Below are positions 10,328-19,948 of a DNA stretch of 32,000 nt, one piece after another; the stretch's first letter is position 1, and each line of letters starts with the position of its first letter. The position numbers were made by a program, and so were the translations under genes. Source of the DNA: Wolbachia endosymbiont of Cimex lectularius (GTDB lineage: Bacteria; Pseudomonadota; Alphaproteobacteria; Rickettsiales; Anaplasmataceae); assembly GCF_000829315.1 (NCBI RefSeq), contig NZ_AP013028.1:240001-272000 (forward strand), read 5' to 3'. The notes under the pieces were generated by a model. It was given only the letters and a program-made list of their open reading frames with translations, searched no databases and was not told the origin of the DNA.

Positions 10328-10867
10328 ATGTCTAAATTACCAATTGTAATTGCCCCTGATGAAAGGTTAACTACACGTGCCAGTGAAGTAACAGCTATAA
10401 ACGATGAAATTAAAGAATTAGTAAACGACATGTTCGAAACTATGTACGATGCAGGTGGTCTTGGCCTTGCTGCAGTGCAAGTTGGGGTACTAAAAAGAAT
10501 TTTTGTTATGGATGTTCAGCTAGAGGACATTGAAGGCGGGCCAGCAGGATATGAATCGAATGGCAAATTTTGCATGATTAATCCTGAAATTACGGAATTA
10601 TCTGATGAACAAACAATTCTCAAGGAAGGATGTCTTTCAATTCCAGAACAAAGTCACGAAATTAAGCGTCCAAAGTATTTAACTGCAAAATATAGAGACT
10701 TAAATAATGAGGAACGGACGCTAAAAGCCAGTGGTTGGCTTGCGAGATGTATTCAGCATGAGCTAGATCACTTAAATGGTATATTATATATTAGACATTT
10801 GTCTAAATTGAAGTATGATATGGCCATAAAAAAAGCACAAAAGATCAAGAGGCACTATGAGCGATGA
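10328..10867 (+). CDS. def: Peptide deformylase
   Basis: 179 aa; three PDF motifs: GLGLAAVQVG, EGCLSIPE, CIQHELDHLNG. Confidence 0.97.
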   Translation: MSKLPIVIAPDERLTTRASEVTAINDEIKELVNDMFETMYDAGGLGLAAVQVGVLKRIFVMDVQLEDIEGGPAGYESNGKFCMINPEITELSDEQTILKEGCLSIPEQSHEIKRPKYLTAKYRDLNNEERTLKASGWLARCIQHELDHLNGILYIRHLSKLKYDMAIKKAQKIKRHYER

Positions 10868-11672
10868 GGATTTAGAATTATTAAAATTTTACCATGAAGT
10901 GGGCGTTGACTGCACGCTAACAGAAGGTGAGGAGGAAAAAGAGCTGGGGAGCAAAGAGAATGTGCAGCCTTCTGTTATCCAAGTAGCCGACACTGGGAAA
11001 GATGCAGATTCCAGCGTCACGCGCTGGAATGACACTAAAGGTGGAAAAGAGCAACAATCCATGTTTCCAAGTGACTGGATAATTGAAGCAAGGAAACTTG
11101 CAAGTAAATGTAGTAGTGTGAATGAGCTAAGAAGCGCAGTTGTATCATTTGAAGGTTGTGAAATAAAGAAAACTGCAACCAATACTGTTTTTTCCGATGG
11201 TAATCCAAATGCGAAAATTATGCTCGTTGGTGAAGCTCCAGGAGCAAATGAAGACCTGCAAGGCATACCATTTTGCGGTGCAAGTGGGATGTTGCTTGAT
11301 AAAATGCTCGGTGCAATTAATCTTGATCGCACCAAAGTTTACATAAGCAATACCGTATTTTGGCGTCCACCTGGTAACAGAAAACCAACTGACCTAGAAC
11401 TTGATATGTGCAGGCCATTCGTCGAAAAACATATTGCACTGGTTTCACCGCAGATTCTAATTCTGGTCGGAGGAATCGCGTGTTATAGCCTACTTGATAA
11501 TACAAAGACCATATCAACCCTGCGTGGCAGGTTTCATACGTATACTAACCAATATTTGTCTAATTCAATTACTACGGCTGCTATATTTCATCCAGCTTAC
11601 CTACTTCGCCAGCCAGCGCAAAAACGTTTAGCTTGGGAAGATTTGAAGAAGATTAGGGACTATCTCCAATAA
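10857..11672 (+). CDS. Uracil-DNA glycosylase, family 4-like (bacteriophage SPO1 Pol/TTUDG type)
   Basis: 271 aa; LVGEAPGANEDLQGIPFCGASGMLLDKML, YISNTVFWRPPGNRKPT, IFHPAYLLRQPAQKRLAWEDL. ORF overlaps def by 11 nt. Confidence 0.93.
   Translation: MSDEDLELLKFYHEVGVDCTLTEGEEEKELGSKENVQPSVIQVADTGKDADSSVTRWNDTKGGKEQQSMFPSDWIIEARKLASKCSSVNELRSAVVSFEGCEIKKTATNTVFSDGNPNAKIMLVGEAPGANEDLQGIPFCGASGMLLDKMLGAINLDRTKVYISNTVFWRPPGNRKPTDLELDMCRPFVEKHIALVSPQILILVGGIACYSLLDNTKTISTLRGRFHTYTNQYLSNSITTAAIFHPAYLLRQPAQKRLAWEDLKKIRDYLQ
10996..11035 (+). repeat. Palindromic repeat element in frame inside the uracil-DNA glycosylase CDS
   Basis: cactgggaaagatgcagATTCCAGCGtcacgCGCTGGAATgacac; 9-bp perfect arms 11008-11016 / 11022-11030; same sequence style as the intergenic repeats near 8670 and 8840. 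Confidence 0.8.
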
Positions 11673-11925
11673 CTGCACAATAAAGTGGCGAAACAATAGA
11701 CATACTGTAATGTCTACCAACAATTCGTCGTTCCGCTACGTGTTAGCGGATGAGATCAACTATGTGTCTTTAAAAATTTTTTGTTTGTAATTTTGCAGCA
11801 CTTTACCTAATCATATGAGCAATAAAAATCTGTTTGTTGTAGGAACTTTTATATCAAATAGCTACCACAGCAATTCTTGCTTAAGTTAATGAATAAGTAC
11901 TTTTAACCTATATGAATGACGGTTG

Positions 11926-13245
11926 TTATACGCCTAGCGCGCTGCCACTAAAAACTTGTTTAATATTCAAGGGCTCTTTGTCAGATGTTTCTTGCATATC
12001 AACTAGCTCTTGCATTACATTTTCAACATCTTGTGAAAGTTGTGATATCTCACTTACATTAGGAATACCATCCAGCTCTACAGAGTCATAATAAGGCCGC
12101 TCTTTGAATAATTCTGCACTGAAGTCGTGTAATTTAATGTACCCTTGGTATAGAATTTTCATTTCACATTCTAAATTTTTTGATAAGTGACGTATTAAAC
12201 ATAAGCCGGCGAATAAGACTGTAGAAAGGAGCATAAACGATACCGTAGGGATGATAGCACCGCCACTGACCATTACCGTTATGCCAGTAGAAAGAGAAGC
12301 TAAGCAAATAATAGCTGCTGACCATAGCACAAGTGTACTAGCAAGCCTACCATGTGCGAAATATTCACATTCATTTAACTGATACTTATAAAACTTAGAA
12401 TCTGTTTTATAAATAGAAAATACTTGTATCACTACTCTACATAATTCTTCTTTTGTAAGGCCGAAAACTGCACCAAAATTAGGATCATAGAACGCAAAGC
12501 TGCCATCCTCATTTTTCTTTATTAATAAAGCATGACCAGCCTGTTCCTTGAATAGAATATTTCGTGGCATGAAGCATAGAAACGAATAGCCGTTTTCGTT
12601 TTTTGCCGACAATTTTAAATTTTCGTCTATGAATCGCACGAAATTTTCTGGGGTTGACGTGGTCTCTTGACTATATTGATACTTCGCGTTAAACCTATTT
12701 TTTATATCTTTACGAATTTTTTTGTGCCGGCTAGAGAGCTCACTAATTTGCTTTGACTTTTCAGGATACTTTTTGCTGTTAGCTATATTCTTAAGCTTTT
12801 TTATTTCTTTCTCAATTTCATTCAACTTTTGAAATGCAGCTTGTGAGTTTTGCGATATTGTATCTACAAAATATTGATCATCGGTTTTTGCTTCATTCAT
12901 CAAATCGTCTATTAATGATTTTCGTGATTCTTGAAGTCTTATGCAATTCTCTTCAGTAAGAAAGTCAAAAAATTTTTTAGAAAAAGTATCCTTATTAGCT
13001 AGTAGATTATGGCGGGCAACATAGGCACATAGATATGAGCACAAGCCTCTCACTTCTGTGTCATCTTCTCGATTAAAAGCTTTTTTGTATCTTTCAAACA
13101 TTTCTTGATCATAACCAATGGTGTTCAATAGATAACCTTGTTTATTCATAATAAAGTTATTTCCTATGTTTTTAGGAAATAATGATCTATCCTCATCTTT
13201 TATACTAAATAATCTATAAAAAATCTTATCTCTGTCATCTGTCAT
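11926..13245 (-). CDS. Hypothetical protein with possible C58/YopT-like cysteine protease motif and C-terminal transmembrane hairpin
   Basis: 439 aa; VRGLCSYLCAYVARH (C69), AGHALLIKK (H238), FAFYDPNFG (D254); hydrophobic pair VLWSAAIICLASLSTGITVMV / IIPTVSFMLLSTVLFAGLCLI. Confidence 0.8.
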   Translation of the reverse strand: MTDDRDKIFYRLFSIKDEDRSLFPKNIGNNFIMNKQGYLLNTIGYDQEMFERYKKAFNREDDTEVRGLCSYLCAYVARHNLLANKDTFSKKFFDFLTEENCIRLQESRKSLIDDLMNEAKTDDQYFVDTISQNSQAAFQKLNEIEKEIKKLKNIANSKKYPEKSKQISELSSRHKKIRKDIKNRFNAKYQYSQETTSTPENFVRFIDENLKLSAKNENGYSFLCFMPRNILFKEQAGHALLIKKNEDGSFAFYDPNFGAVFGLTKEELCRVVIQVFSIYKTDSKFYKYQLNECEYFAHGRLASTLVLWSAAIICLASLSTGITVMVSGGAIIPTVSFMLLSTVLFAGLCLIRHLSKNLECEMKILYQGYIKLHDFSAELFKERPYYDSVELDGIPNVSEISQLSQDVENVMQELVDMQETSDKEPLNIKQVFSGSALGV

Positions 13246-13401
13246 AGTTTATTACTTTACCATATTAATTTATAAATTATAACATTAATTTGTTAATTAA
13301 GCAAGTATTGTGTATAATTCCTAGCTTTAATTATACTATAGATAGTATCAACTTGTATCAAATCTTGGATGATACCCTTTGTTGTGCGCATTACTTGCTA
13401 A

Positions 13402-14793
13402 TTGCAATGTTCGTGCAGATGTGCATACCATAATAAAAAAGTTAACCCCACACCTTGGGTTACAGCTTTACTAGATCCTAAGAACTGGATAAAATGGGCA
13501 AACATTTATGAATTGAATTTAGTGTACAATCAGCAAACAAGGGTATTGATATCAACAATACTCTGCAGAGTCGCAATATGGTATGATCACATGCTCTTTA
13601 TTGATCTGGTTAACATAATCAGTAGAGAGTTTTGTTCTGCAAAAGATGTTTACTACAACATATTACAATTGTTTGGAATTGCAGGACTGGGTGCTATGGT
13701 AAGGCCACTTGGCGCATCTATATTTGGTCACATTGGTGACAGATATGGAAGGAGGGTAGCGTTAACAATTGCCATCTTGCTAACATCGATTCCGTCTAGC
13801 CTCGTTGCGTTTATTCCAGGTTACAGCCGGGTAGGTGTAGCTTCCACTATGTTGCTTCTTGCAATCCATCTAACACAAGGGATTGCACTCGGCGCTGAAC
13901 AAGGAGGCAGTTCTGTTTATCTCATAGAGCATTTACCTAATAAGAAAAAGCTAGGAATGTTTTTTGGAGTAATAAGTTTTGGTCGCTCCATTGGCGTTTT
14001 GCTTTCTGTGGCGATGGTGGTCATCTGTAAAAAAATCACTGACTTTAACGCTTGGGGTTGGAGAATACCATTTACTTTTTCAGCTGTTTTGGGACTGATT
14101 AGCGCATATAGTATATACACATTAGGAGAAACTCCAGCATATGAAGAAAATCGTAAACAAAGAAGTTTATCTAACTTACCGGTAATAGAGCTTATAAAAC
14201 ACCACAAGAGAGCTCTTACACTTGCTATTTTAATATCTGTACCCGTTAATGTTGCTGTTGGATTCACCATATTTCTCAGAACAATTGCAAAAGAGATAGT
14301 ATCGGTTGAGACGTATGTAACAACATATATCAACGAAATTGTGCTCATTATAACCAGTGTATTAATGCCGATATCTTCAATAGCATTTGGAATGCTAGCT
14401 GATAAGGTGGGAAAAGAGCGCACTGCAATCCTATTCATAGTGATTACTATGGTACTGTGTTGTCCTATGTTATCTATTGCATACCACTATAAAAGTTATC
14501 TTATAATTATGCTTAGTGTAATGGTTCTCTCTATAGTAGAAAGGGGTATAAATCCTATAGGAATAGTCGCATCTGAACTCTTCCCCACTAATGTTAGATT
14601 TAGTGGAGTGAGTTTATCACGCAACATCTCTTATGCTTTGCATGGCGGGTTTACTCCTATGATATGCACTTGGTTTACTATAACATTCCCTCAAATAAAC
14701 TTTGCCACCGGGCTTTATATAATCTTCTGCTTATTGGTCAGTTTGATGGCAATATTGCAAATAAAACCACGAGATAAAAATTTTGATTGGTAA
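13402..14793 (+). CDS. MFS transporter, ProP/metabolite:H+ symporter-like; true start probably downstream, around 13510-13560
   Basis: MVRPLGASIFGHIGDRYGRRVALTIAILLTSIPSSLVAFIPGY, LTQGIALGAEQGGSSVYLIEHLPNKKK, FSGVSLSRNISYALHGGFTP; 12-TM layout. The first ~40 codons read through repeat-like intergenic sequence. Confidence 0.88.
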   Translation: MQCSCRCAYHNKKVNPTPWVTALLDPKNWIKWANIYELNLVYNQQTRVLISTILCRVAIWYDHMLFIDLVNIISREFCSAKDVYYNILQLFGIAGLGAMVRPLGASIFGHIGDRYGRRVALTIAILLTSIPSSLVAFIPGYSRVGVASTMLLLAIHLTQGIALGAEQGGSSVYLIEHLPNKKKLGMFFGVISFGRSIGVLLSVAMVVICKKITDFNAWGWRIPFTFSAVLGLISAYSIYTLGETPAYEENRKQRSLSNLPVIELIKHHKRALTLAILISVPVNVAVGFTIFLRTIAKEIVSVETYVTTYINEIVLIITSVLMPISSIAFGMLADKVGKERTAILFIVITMVLCCPMLSIAYHYKSYLIIMLSVMVLSIVERGINPIGIVASELFPTNVRFSGVSLSRNISYALHGGFTPMICTWFTITFPQINFATGLYIIFCLLVSLMAILQIKPRDKNFDW

Positions 14794-14897
14794 AAATTCT
14801 GATATAAACCATACACTTTCCGTTAGTGAAATCGAAAGGATTGCAAGATTAAAAGACACTCAACTTAATCAGTACACACTGGAATGACTAAACCTAA

Positions 14898-15332
14898 TTA
14901 GGTTCTCAGTTTCTCAAAAAAATCTTTTAGCAAAAAAGAGCACTCTGTTTCTAATACCCCGCCATAAACTTCAGGTACGTGGTTGCAAAATTGAAATATT
15001 TTAGCCCCATTTTCAATTCCTCCACCTTTTGGATTATAGGCTCCAAAATATAATCGTTTAATTCTTGCAAAGGAGATAGCTTGAGCACACATTGGGCACG
15101 GTTCTAATGTTACATACACGTCAGCATCACAAAGTACTGACGTTGAAAGCAATTTACATGCTTGTTTAATCACTAACATCTCAGCATGTGCAGTTGGATC
15201 ATTGGATATGTTGTGCGCGGAAGAAACAACATTGCTTCTACTCACTATTACAGCACCTATGGGAACTTCGTCACTCTTTTGGGCAAGTTTTGCTTGCTCT
15301 ATTGCAAGCTCCATATATCGGTATCTAAACAC
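14898..15332 (-). CDS. tadA: tRNA-specific adenosine deaminase
   Basis: 144 aa; zinc motifs HAEM and PCPMCAQA, VPIGAVIV. Confidence 0.93.
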   Translation of the reverse strand: MFRYRYMELAIEQAKLAQKSDEVPIGAVIVSRSNVVSSAHNISNDPTAHAEMLVIKQACKLLSTSVLCDADVYVTLEPCPMCAQAISFARIKRLYFGAYNPKGGGIENGAKIFQFCNHVPEVYGGVLETECSFLLKDFFEKLRT

Positions 15333-15355
15333 TTTCCTCTGTTAATCTTCTTTTT

Positions 15356-16963
15356 TTAGATTTTATTAACTGCTGCCTTAATAAACGATACAAAAAGAGG
15401 ATGAGGAGAAAACGGCTTTGATTGGAACTCTGGGTGAAATTGCACGCCAATAAACCATGGGTGGTTTTCCAGCTCCACTGCCTCTATACACGTTCCATCT
15501 TCTGATATACCACTGCATATCAACCCGTTTTTTTCTAAATCATCTTTATAGTCTGAGTTAATTACGTATCTGTGTCTATGCCTTTCCGAGGTAGTAATAT
15601 CACTATACGCATCTGCCATTTTAGAACTTTGGCTTATATTACATTTATACGCCCCAAGTCTCATAGTTCCACCAAGGTCAATGTTCTTATTGCCAGCTAG
15701 CTTAATGATTGGATGCTTACAGGTACAAAATTCTTCGGAGTGTACATCTTCAAGCTTAATAACATTGCGAGCAAATTCAATAACTGCAAGCTGCATACCA
15801 AGACATATTCCAAAAAATGGGATATTATGCGTGCGAGCATAACTTATTGCCGATATTTTACCCTCCACTCCATCATCGCCAAATCCACCTGGAACGAGGA
15901 TTGCATGAGAATTCTGTAATTTCTCTTCTATGAGTTTTTTGTTGATAGGTTCTTCACTCTTCTCCCTTGAGTTAATCCAATTTATTTTTATCTTGACCTT
16001 GTTGCTAATAGCACCGTGATTTAATGCTTCAACTAGCGATTTATACGCATCAGGGAATTCAGTGTATTTTCCTACTATGGACACAGTGACTTCCTGTGTT
16101 GGGTGTCTCATAAAGTGCACTATTTGATCCCACTCAGTTAGGCTTGGTTTTGGCTTATTCAAGTTAAAATGTTCCAAAATTTGTGTGCCAAGTCCACATT
16201 GATTATATAAGACCGGCAGCTCATATATATGGCTCACATCAGGAGCAGGTATTACATTAGGCAAAGAAACATTACAAAGATTGGCTATTTTTCTTCTTTG
16301 ATTATCAGAAATTTCTTTCTCGCTACGACACAGTATAACATCCGGTTGCAATCCTGCAAAATTTAGCTCTCGGACTGAATGCTGTGTTGGTTTTGTTTTT
16401 AATTCTTGTGCTGCAGTAAGGTATGGTACCAAGGTCAAGTGTATAAGGATAACTCTTTGTTTTCCAAGCTTATAGCTGATTTGACGTATGGCTTCCAAAA
16501 AAGGTTGGCTTTCAATATCACCTACAGTTCCGCCAATTTCACATATTACAAAATCTAAACCTTCCGTACCATTAAAAATAAACGACTTGATTAAATCTGT
16601 CACATGAGGAATAACTTGCACAGTTTTGCCCAGATAATCACCACGCCTTTCTTTCTTCAGTAGCTCATGATACACTTTACCAGTTGTTACATTGTCGTCT
16701 TTGGTTGCTTTAATTCCAGTAAAGCGCTCATAATGCCCAAGGTCCAAATCAGTTTCGGCACCATCTTCGGTGACGAATACCTCTCCGTGTTGAATTGGGT
16801 TCATTGTTCCAGGATCGATATTCAGATACGGATCAAGTTTCCTGATACGGACCCCAAAGCCATGAGCTTGGAGAAGTGCGCCTACACTTGAAGCAACTAA
16901 ACCCTTGCCAAGTGATGAAACAACCCCACCTGTTACAAAGATAAATTTAGCTTCCTTCATCAA
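15356..16963 (-). CDS. pyrG: CTP synthase
   Basis: 535 aa; [63 protein letters not shown], glutaminase [25 protein letters not shown]. Confidence 0.98.
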   Translation of the reverse strand: MMKEAKFIFVTGGVVSSLGKGLVASSVGALLQAHGFGVRIRKLDPYLNIDPGTMNPIQHGEVFVTEDGAETDLDLGHYERFTGIKATKDDNVTTGKVYHELLKKERRGDYLGKTVQVIPHVTDLIKSFIFNGTEGLDFVICEIGGTVGDIESQPFLEAIRQISYKLGKQRVILIHLTLVPYLTAAQELKTKPTQHSVRELNFAGLQPDVILCRSEKEISDNQRRKIANLCNVSLPNVIPAPDVSHIYELPVLYNQCGLGTQILEHFNLNKPKPSLTEWDQIVHFMRHPTQEVTVSIVGKYTEFPDAYKSLVEALNHGAISNKVKIKINWINSREKSEEPINKKLIEEKLQNSHAILVPGGFGDDGVEGKISAISYARTHNIPFFGICLGMQLAVIEFARNVIKLEDVHSEEFCTCKHPIIKLAGNKNIDLGGTMRLGAYKCNISQSSKMADAYSDITTSERHRHRYVINSDYKDDLEKNGLICSGISEDGTCIEAVELENHPWFIGVQFHPEFQSKPFSPHPLFVSFIKAAVNKI

Positions 16964-17331
16964 TTTTCAAAAGGAACAGAAGTAGATTCATTTTTTTGTT
17001 TTTTTTCTAGTATAATCTTTTCTGCAATTGACTTCTTATGCACATCTTTTGAACATAATCCTGATAATAACAATGTGTTTATAATAAATAATCCGGCTAC
17101 TATAGCCGTTGTTTTGCTAAGCGGATTTGCAGAAGATTTCACCGGGATCATTGAATTGAGCCCCTGCTGTGAATTGCTAAAGCCACTCAGCGGGCTACTC
17201 CCAGGTGGCTGCAAAAGTACTAAAATTACTAGAACGACAACTAATATTATTTGGAGTGCACTGAGTATCGTTACTGACATTGTAATAGGGCTGAAAATAA
17301 AAATTTTAGGAGTATGAAGTACATAAGTCAA
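16960..17331 (-). CDS. secG: Preprotein translocase subunit SecG
   Basis: 123 aa; [33 protein letters not shown] and second [22 protein letters not shown]; overlaps the pyrG start by 4 nt. Confidence 0.85.
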   Translation of the reverse strand: MTYVLHTPKIFIFSPITMSVTILSALQIILVVVLVILVLLQPPGSSPLSGFSNSQQGLNSMIPVKSSANPLSKTTAIVAGLFIINTLLLSGLCSKDVHKKSIAEKIILEKKQKNESTSVPFEN

Positions 17332-17441
17332 GAGATCTATTCAAGTAACAAGCACTGTGTGCTGAAATAACAAAGATTTATTAAATATTTTACCTTAAGA
17401 TCCTAATTTCTTATTATAGGAAGTACACAGCAAGCAATTTA

Positions 17442-17910
17442 TTGGTGGTAAAAGATTACAAAAAAGGGCATAGAAAGCGCTTAAGAGAGAAAATTATTCT
17501 GGATAATGGACAATCACTGCTCAACTATGAGGTTTTAGAGCATATTTTGTACTCAGCATACAGTAGAATTGATGTAAAGCCAGTAGCAAAGAGTTTGATA
17601 GAAAATTTTGGTAGTTTAAATAAGGTTTTTAACGCTGATTTAGAAGCACTGCGAAACATTGATGGAGTCAACAATGCAGCTATATCTGCTATTTTTTGTG
17701 TAAAACAAGCCTTTGTTTGCTCCGCAAGAGAAGAAATAAAGGACCTGCCTATAATCAATAATTGGAAAAAACTGCTTGATTACTTAAAAATAAGCATAGG
17801 AAGCCTCAATAAGGAAAATTTTCGCGTCATTTACATGGATAAAAAGTATCGTATAATGGCGGAAGACCTGCAAAATGTTGGTACAATAAATCAAACTCCC
17901 CTTTATGTTA
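17442..17910 (+). pseudogene. radC: RadC family protein, 5' fragment truncated at an IS insertion
   Basis: GHRKRLREKIILDNGQSLLNYEVLEHILYSAYSRIDVKPVAKSLIENFGSL...NKENFRVIYMDKKYRIMAEDLQNVGTINQTPLYVR, then IS sequence; the JAB/MPN HNHPSG...D metal-binding part is absent. Confidence 0.85.
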
Positions 17911-17918
17911 GAACCTGT

Positions 17919-18275
17919 TTAAAATCTTCGTAACAGGAGAGAAATGAAGGAGAGGACTATCATCTGTAAGCTAGTGTTGAGCTTCCGCTCGCAATTTTTC
18001 CACAATCGCCTGCACTTTTCTAACCAGGCAAAAGAGCGTTCAACAACCCATCTTTTTGGCAATACGACGAAAGTGTGTAACTCACTTCGCTTTATTACTT
18101 CAACAGTCGCACCAATGATAGCTTTTATTTGTGTTGCAAAATTTTCTCCTGTGTAGCCAGCATCAACCAGTATGTTTTTAACTTCAGAGAGGTTTGCTTT
18201 AGCATTTTCGACCATTTTCACAGCACTGCTACGGTCAGTTGCTTCTGCCATTGTTACATAAATTGCATGTGGCAA
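17919..18275 (-). CDS. IS5-family transposase, downstream frame (orfB portion)
   Basis: HAIYVTMAEATDRSSAVKMVENAKANLSEVKNILVDAGYTGE...VVLPKRWVVERSFAWLEKCRRL; the frame extends back to about 18400 as KTSFCIIDSQSVKNADTAEKKGYDAGKKISGIKRHIAVDTQGL. Confidence 0.93.
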   Translation of the reverse strand: MPHAIYVTMAEATDRSSAVKMVENAKANLSEVKNILVDAGYTGENFATQIKAIIGATVEVIKRSELHTFVVLPKRWVVERSFAWLEKCRRLWKNCERKLNTSLQMIVLSFISLLLRRF

Positions 18276-18393
18276 ACCTTGTGTATCAACTGCAATATGG
18301 CGCTTTATCCCTGAAATCTTTTTACCTGCATCATAGCCTTTTTTTTCAGCAGTATCTGCGTTTTTAACGCTTTGAGAATCAATTATACAAAAG

Positions 18394-18714
18394 CTAGTTT
18401 TCTCTTTCCGACCATTGCTGATACGGACCTCTCCAACTAATTTTTTTTAAGACTAATTCCAACAAGCTTGGCTCTTCTCCATTCTTTTTACTCCACACTC
18501 GAAAATAGTAATATACGCTTTCCCATCTTGGAAAACCCTTTGGTAACATCCTCCACTGACAACCACTTTTTAAGACGTACAACACCCCACAAAATACGTC
18601 ATACAAATCAAGTTTTCTTGGTTTTGTTTTCTGCTTGCTACTCTCCAAAATTGGCCTGATTTTTTCAAACTGCTCTTGACTTATATTACTTGGATAACTT
18701 TTCTGCATAGACAC
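18394..18714 (-). CDS. IS5-family transposase, upstream frame (orfA)
   Basis: SYPSNISQEQFEKIRPILESSKQKTKPRKLDLYDVFCGVLYVLKSGCQWRMLPKGFPRWESVYYYFRVW. Confidence 0.95.
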   Translation of the reverse strand: MSMQKSYPSNISQEQFEKIRPILESSKQKTKPRKLDLYDVFCGVLYVLKSGCQWRMLPKGFPRWESVYYYFRVWSKKNGEEPSLLELVLKKISWRGPYQQWSEREN

Positions 18715-18846
18715 CTCATTATTAATCTATGCTTACTTTACCTCACATTTCCAAGATTTTAAACAGGTTCTTAGATAAATCTAAATCTAGCCATGCTGAA
18801 AAAGTTGCCAATGAAAGAACAAACAATAGTGAAAGAGCAAGGTGAT

Positions 18847-18887
18847 GTATGTTCCATAGAGCAAAAGTTTTGCTCTATGGAACATAC
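18847..18887. repeat. 41-nt near-perfect palindrome (20-bp arms, 1-nt centre) upstream of pdhB
   Basis: GTATGTTCCATAGAGCAAAA G TTTTGCTCTATGGAACATAC. Confidence 0.95.
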
Positions 18888-18949
18888 TGCTTTACTAGCG
18901 CCTGGTAACTCTGATATAGTTACTTTAGTTAATCTATAAAAGTTTATAA

Positions 18950-19948
18950 ATGGCAACTTTAAGCGTGAGAGAAGCTTTATGCACAGCAATCAGAGAAGAA
19001 ATGCAAAACGACCCTGATGTGTTTATCATGGGGGAAGAAGTCGCAGAATATGACGGTGCTTATAAAGTAACGAAAGGATTGCTGAAGGAGTTTGGAGAGA
19101 GTAGGGTGATTGATACACCTATTACCGAACATGGATTTGCTGGTCTTGCTGTTGGAGCAGCGTTTGCTGGACTTAGGCCAATTGTTGAGTTTATGACTTT
19201 TAATTTTTCTATGCAGGCTATTGATCAAATTGTGAATTCTGCGGCAAAAACAAATTATATGTCAGGTGGACAACTTGGATGCCCTATAGTATTTCGTGGA
19301 CCAAATGGCGCTGCAGCGAGAGTTGCTGCACAACACTCTCAATGCTTTGCATCTTGGTATTCGCATGTACCAGGATTAAAAGTAATAGCACCTTATTTTG
19401 CCTCCGATTGCAGGGGGCTACTTAAAGCTGCAATTCATGATCCAGACCCAGTGATATTTCTAGAAAACGAGATCGCTTATGGACATGAGCACGAAGTTCC
19501 TGACTCTGAGCTATCGAATAAAGACTATTTACTTGAGATAGGCAAAGCTGCTGTTATACGGGAAGGAAAAGATGTAACTATCACTGCTTTCTCACTGCAA
19601 TTAATGGACGCTTTAAATGCAGCAGATTTACTCTCTAGTAAAGGCATAGAAGCTGAAGTTATTGACCTGAGAACCTTAAGGCCACTTGACACTGAAACTG
19701 TCATTAACTCTATCAAGAAAACTAATAGATTGGTCAGCGTAGAAGAGGGTTGGCCATTTGCAGGAATCGGCGCAGAGCTTTCTGCTGCGGTTATAGAGCA
19801 GGGATTTGACTACCTTGATGCTCCAGTTGTACGTGTAACAGGTAAGGATGTTCCTTTACCCTATGCTGCAAACCTGGAGAAAAAAGCATTACCGCAAGTG
19901 GAAGATATAGTTGACGCTGTGCACCTGGTCTGTTTTAGAAAGACTTAG
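18950..19948 (+). CDS. pdhB: Pyruvate dehydrogenase E1 component subunit beta
   Basis: 332 aa; [102 protein letters not shown]. Confidence 0.98.
   Translation: MATLSVREALCTAIREEMQNDPDVFIMGEEVAEYDGAYKVTKGLLKEFGESRVIDTPITEHGFAGLAVGAAFAGLRPIVEFMTFNFSMQAIDQIVNSAAKTNYMSGGQLGCPIVFRGPNGAAARVAAQHSQCFASWYSHVPGLKVIAPYFASDCRGLLKAAIHDPDPVIFLENEIAYGHEHEVPDSELSNKDYLLEIGKAAVIREGKDVTITAFSLQLMDALNAADLLSSKGIEAEVIDLRTLRPLDTETVINSIKKTNRLVSVEEGWPFAGIGAELSAAVIEQGFDYLDAPVVRVTGKDVPLPYAANLEKKALPQVEDIVDAVHLVCFRKT

Larger units (their letters stand above)
17911..18770 (-). mobile_element. IS5-family insertion sequence copy 1 (860 bp) with two-frame transposase
   Basis: Ends GAACCTGTTTAAAATCTT...AAGATTTTAAACAGGTTC; 3-bp TSD TTA at 17908-17910 and 18771-18773; transposase in two -1-related frames. 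Confidence 0.96.

Noticed and set aside
10889-11335. 148-aa minus-strand ORF opposite the UDG gene
   Set aside because: The UDG catalytic motifs define the coding strand here.
13917-14438. 173-aa minus-strand ORF inside the MFS transporter
   Set aside because: Fully covered by the strongly supported MFS frame.
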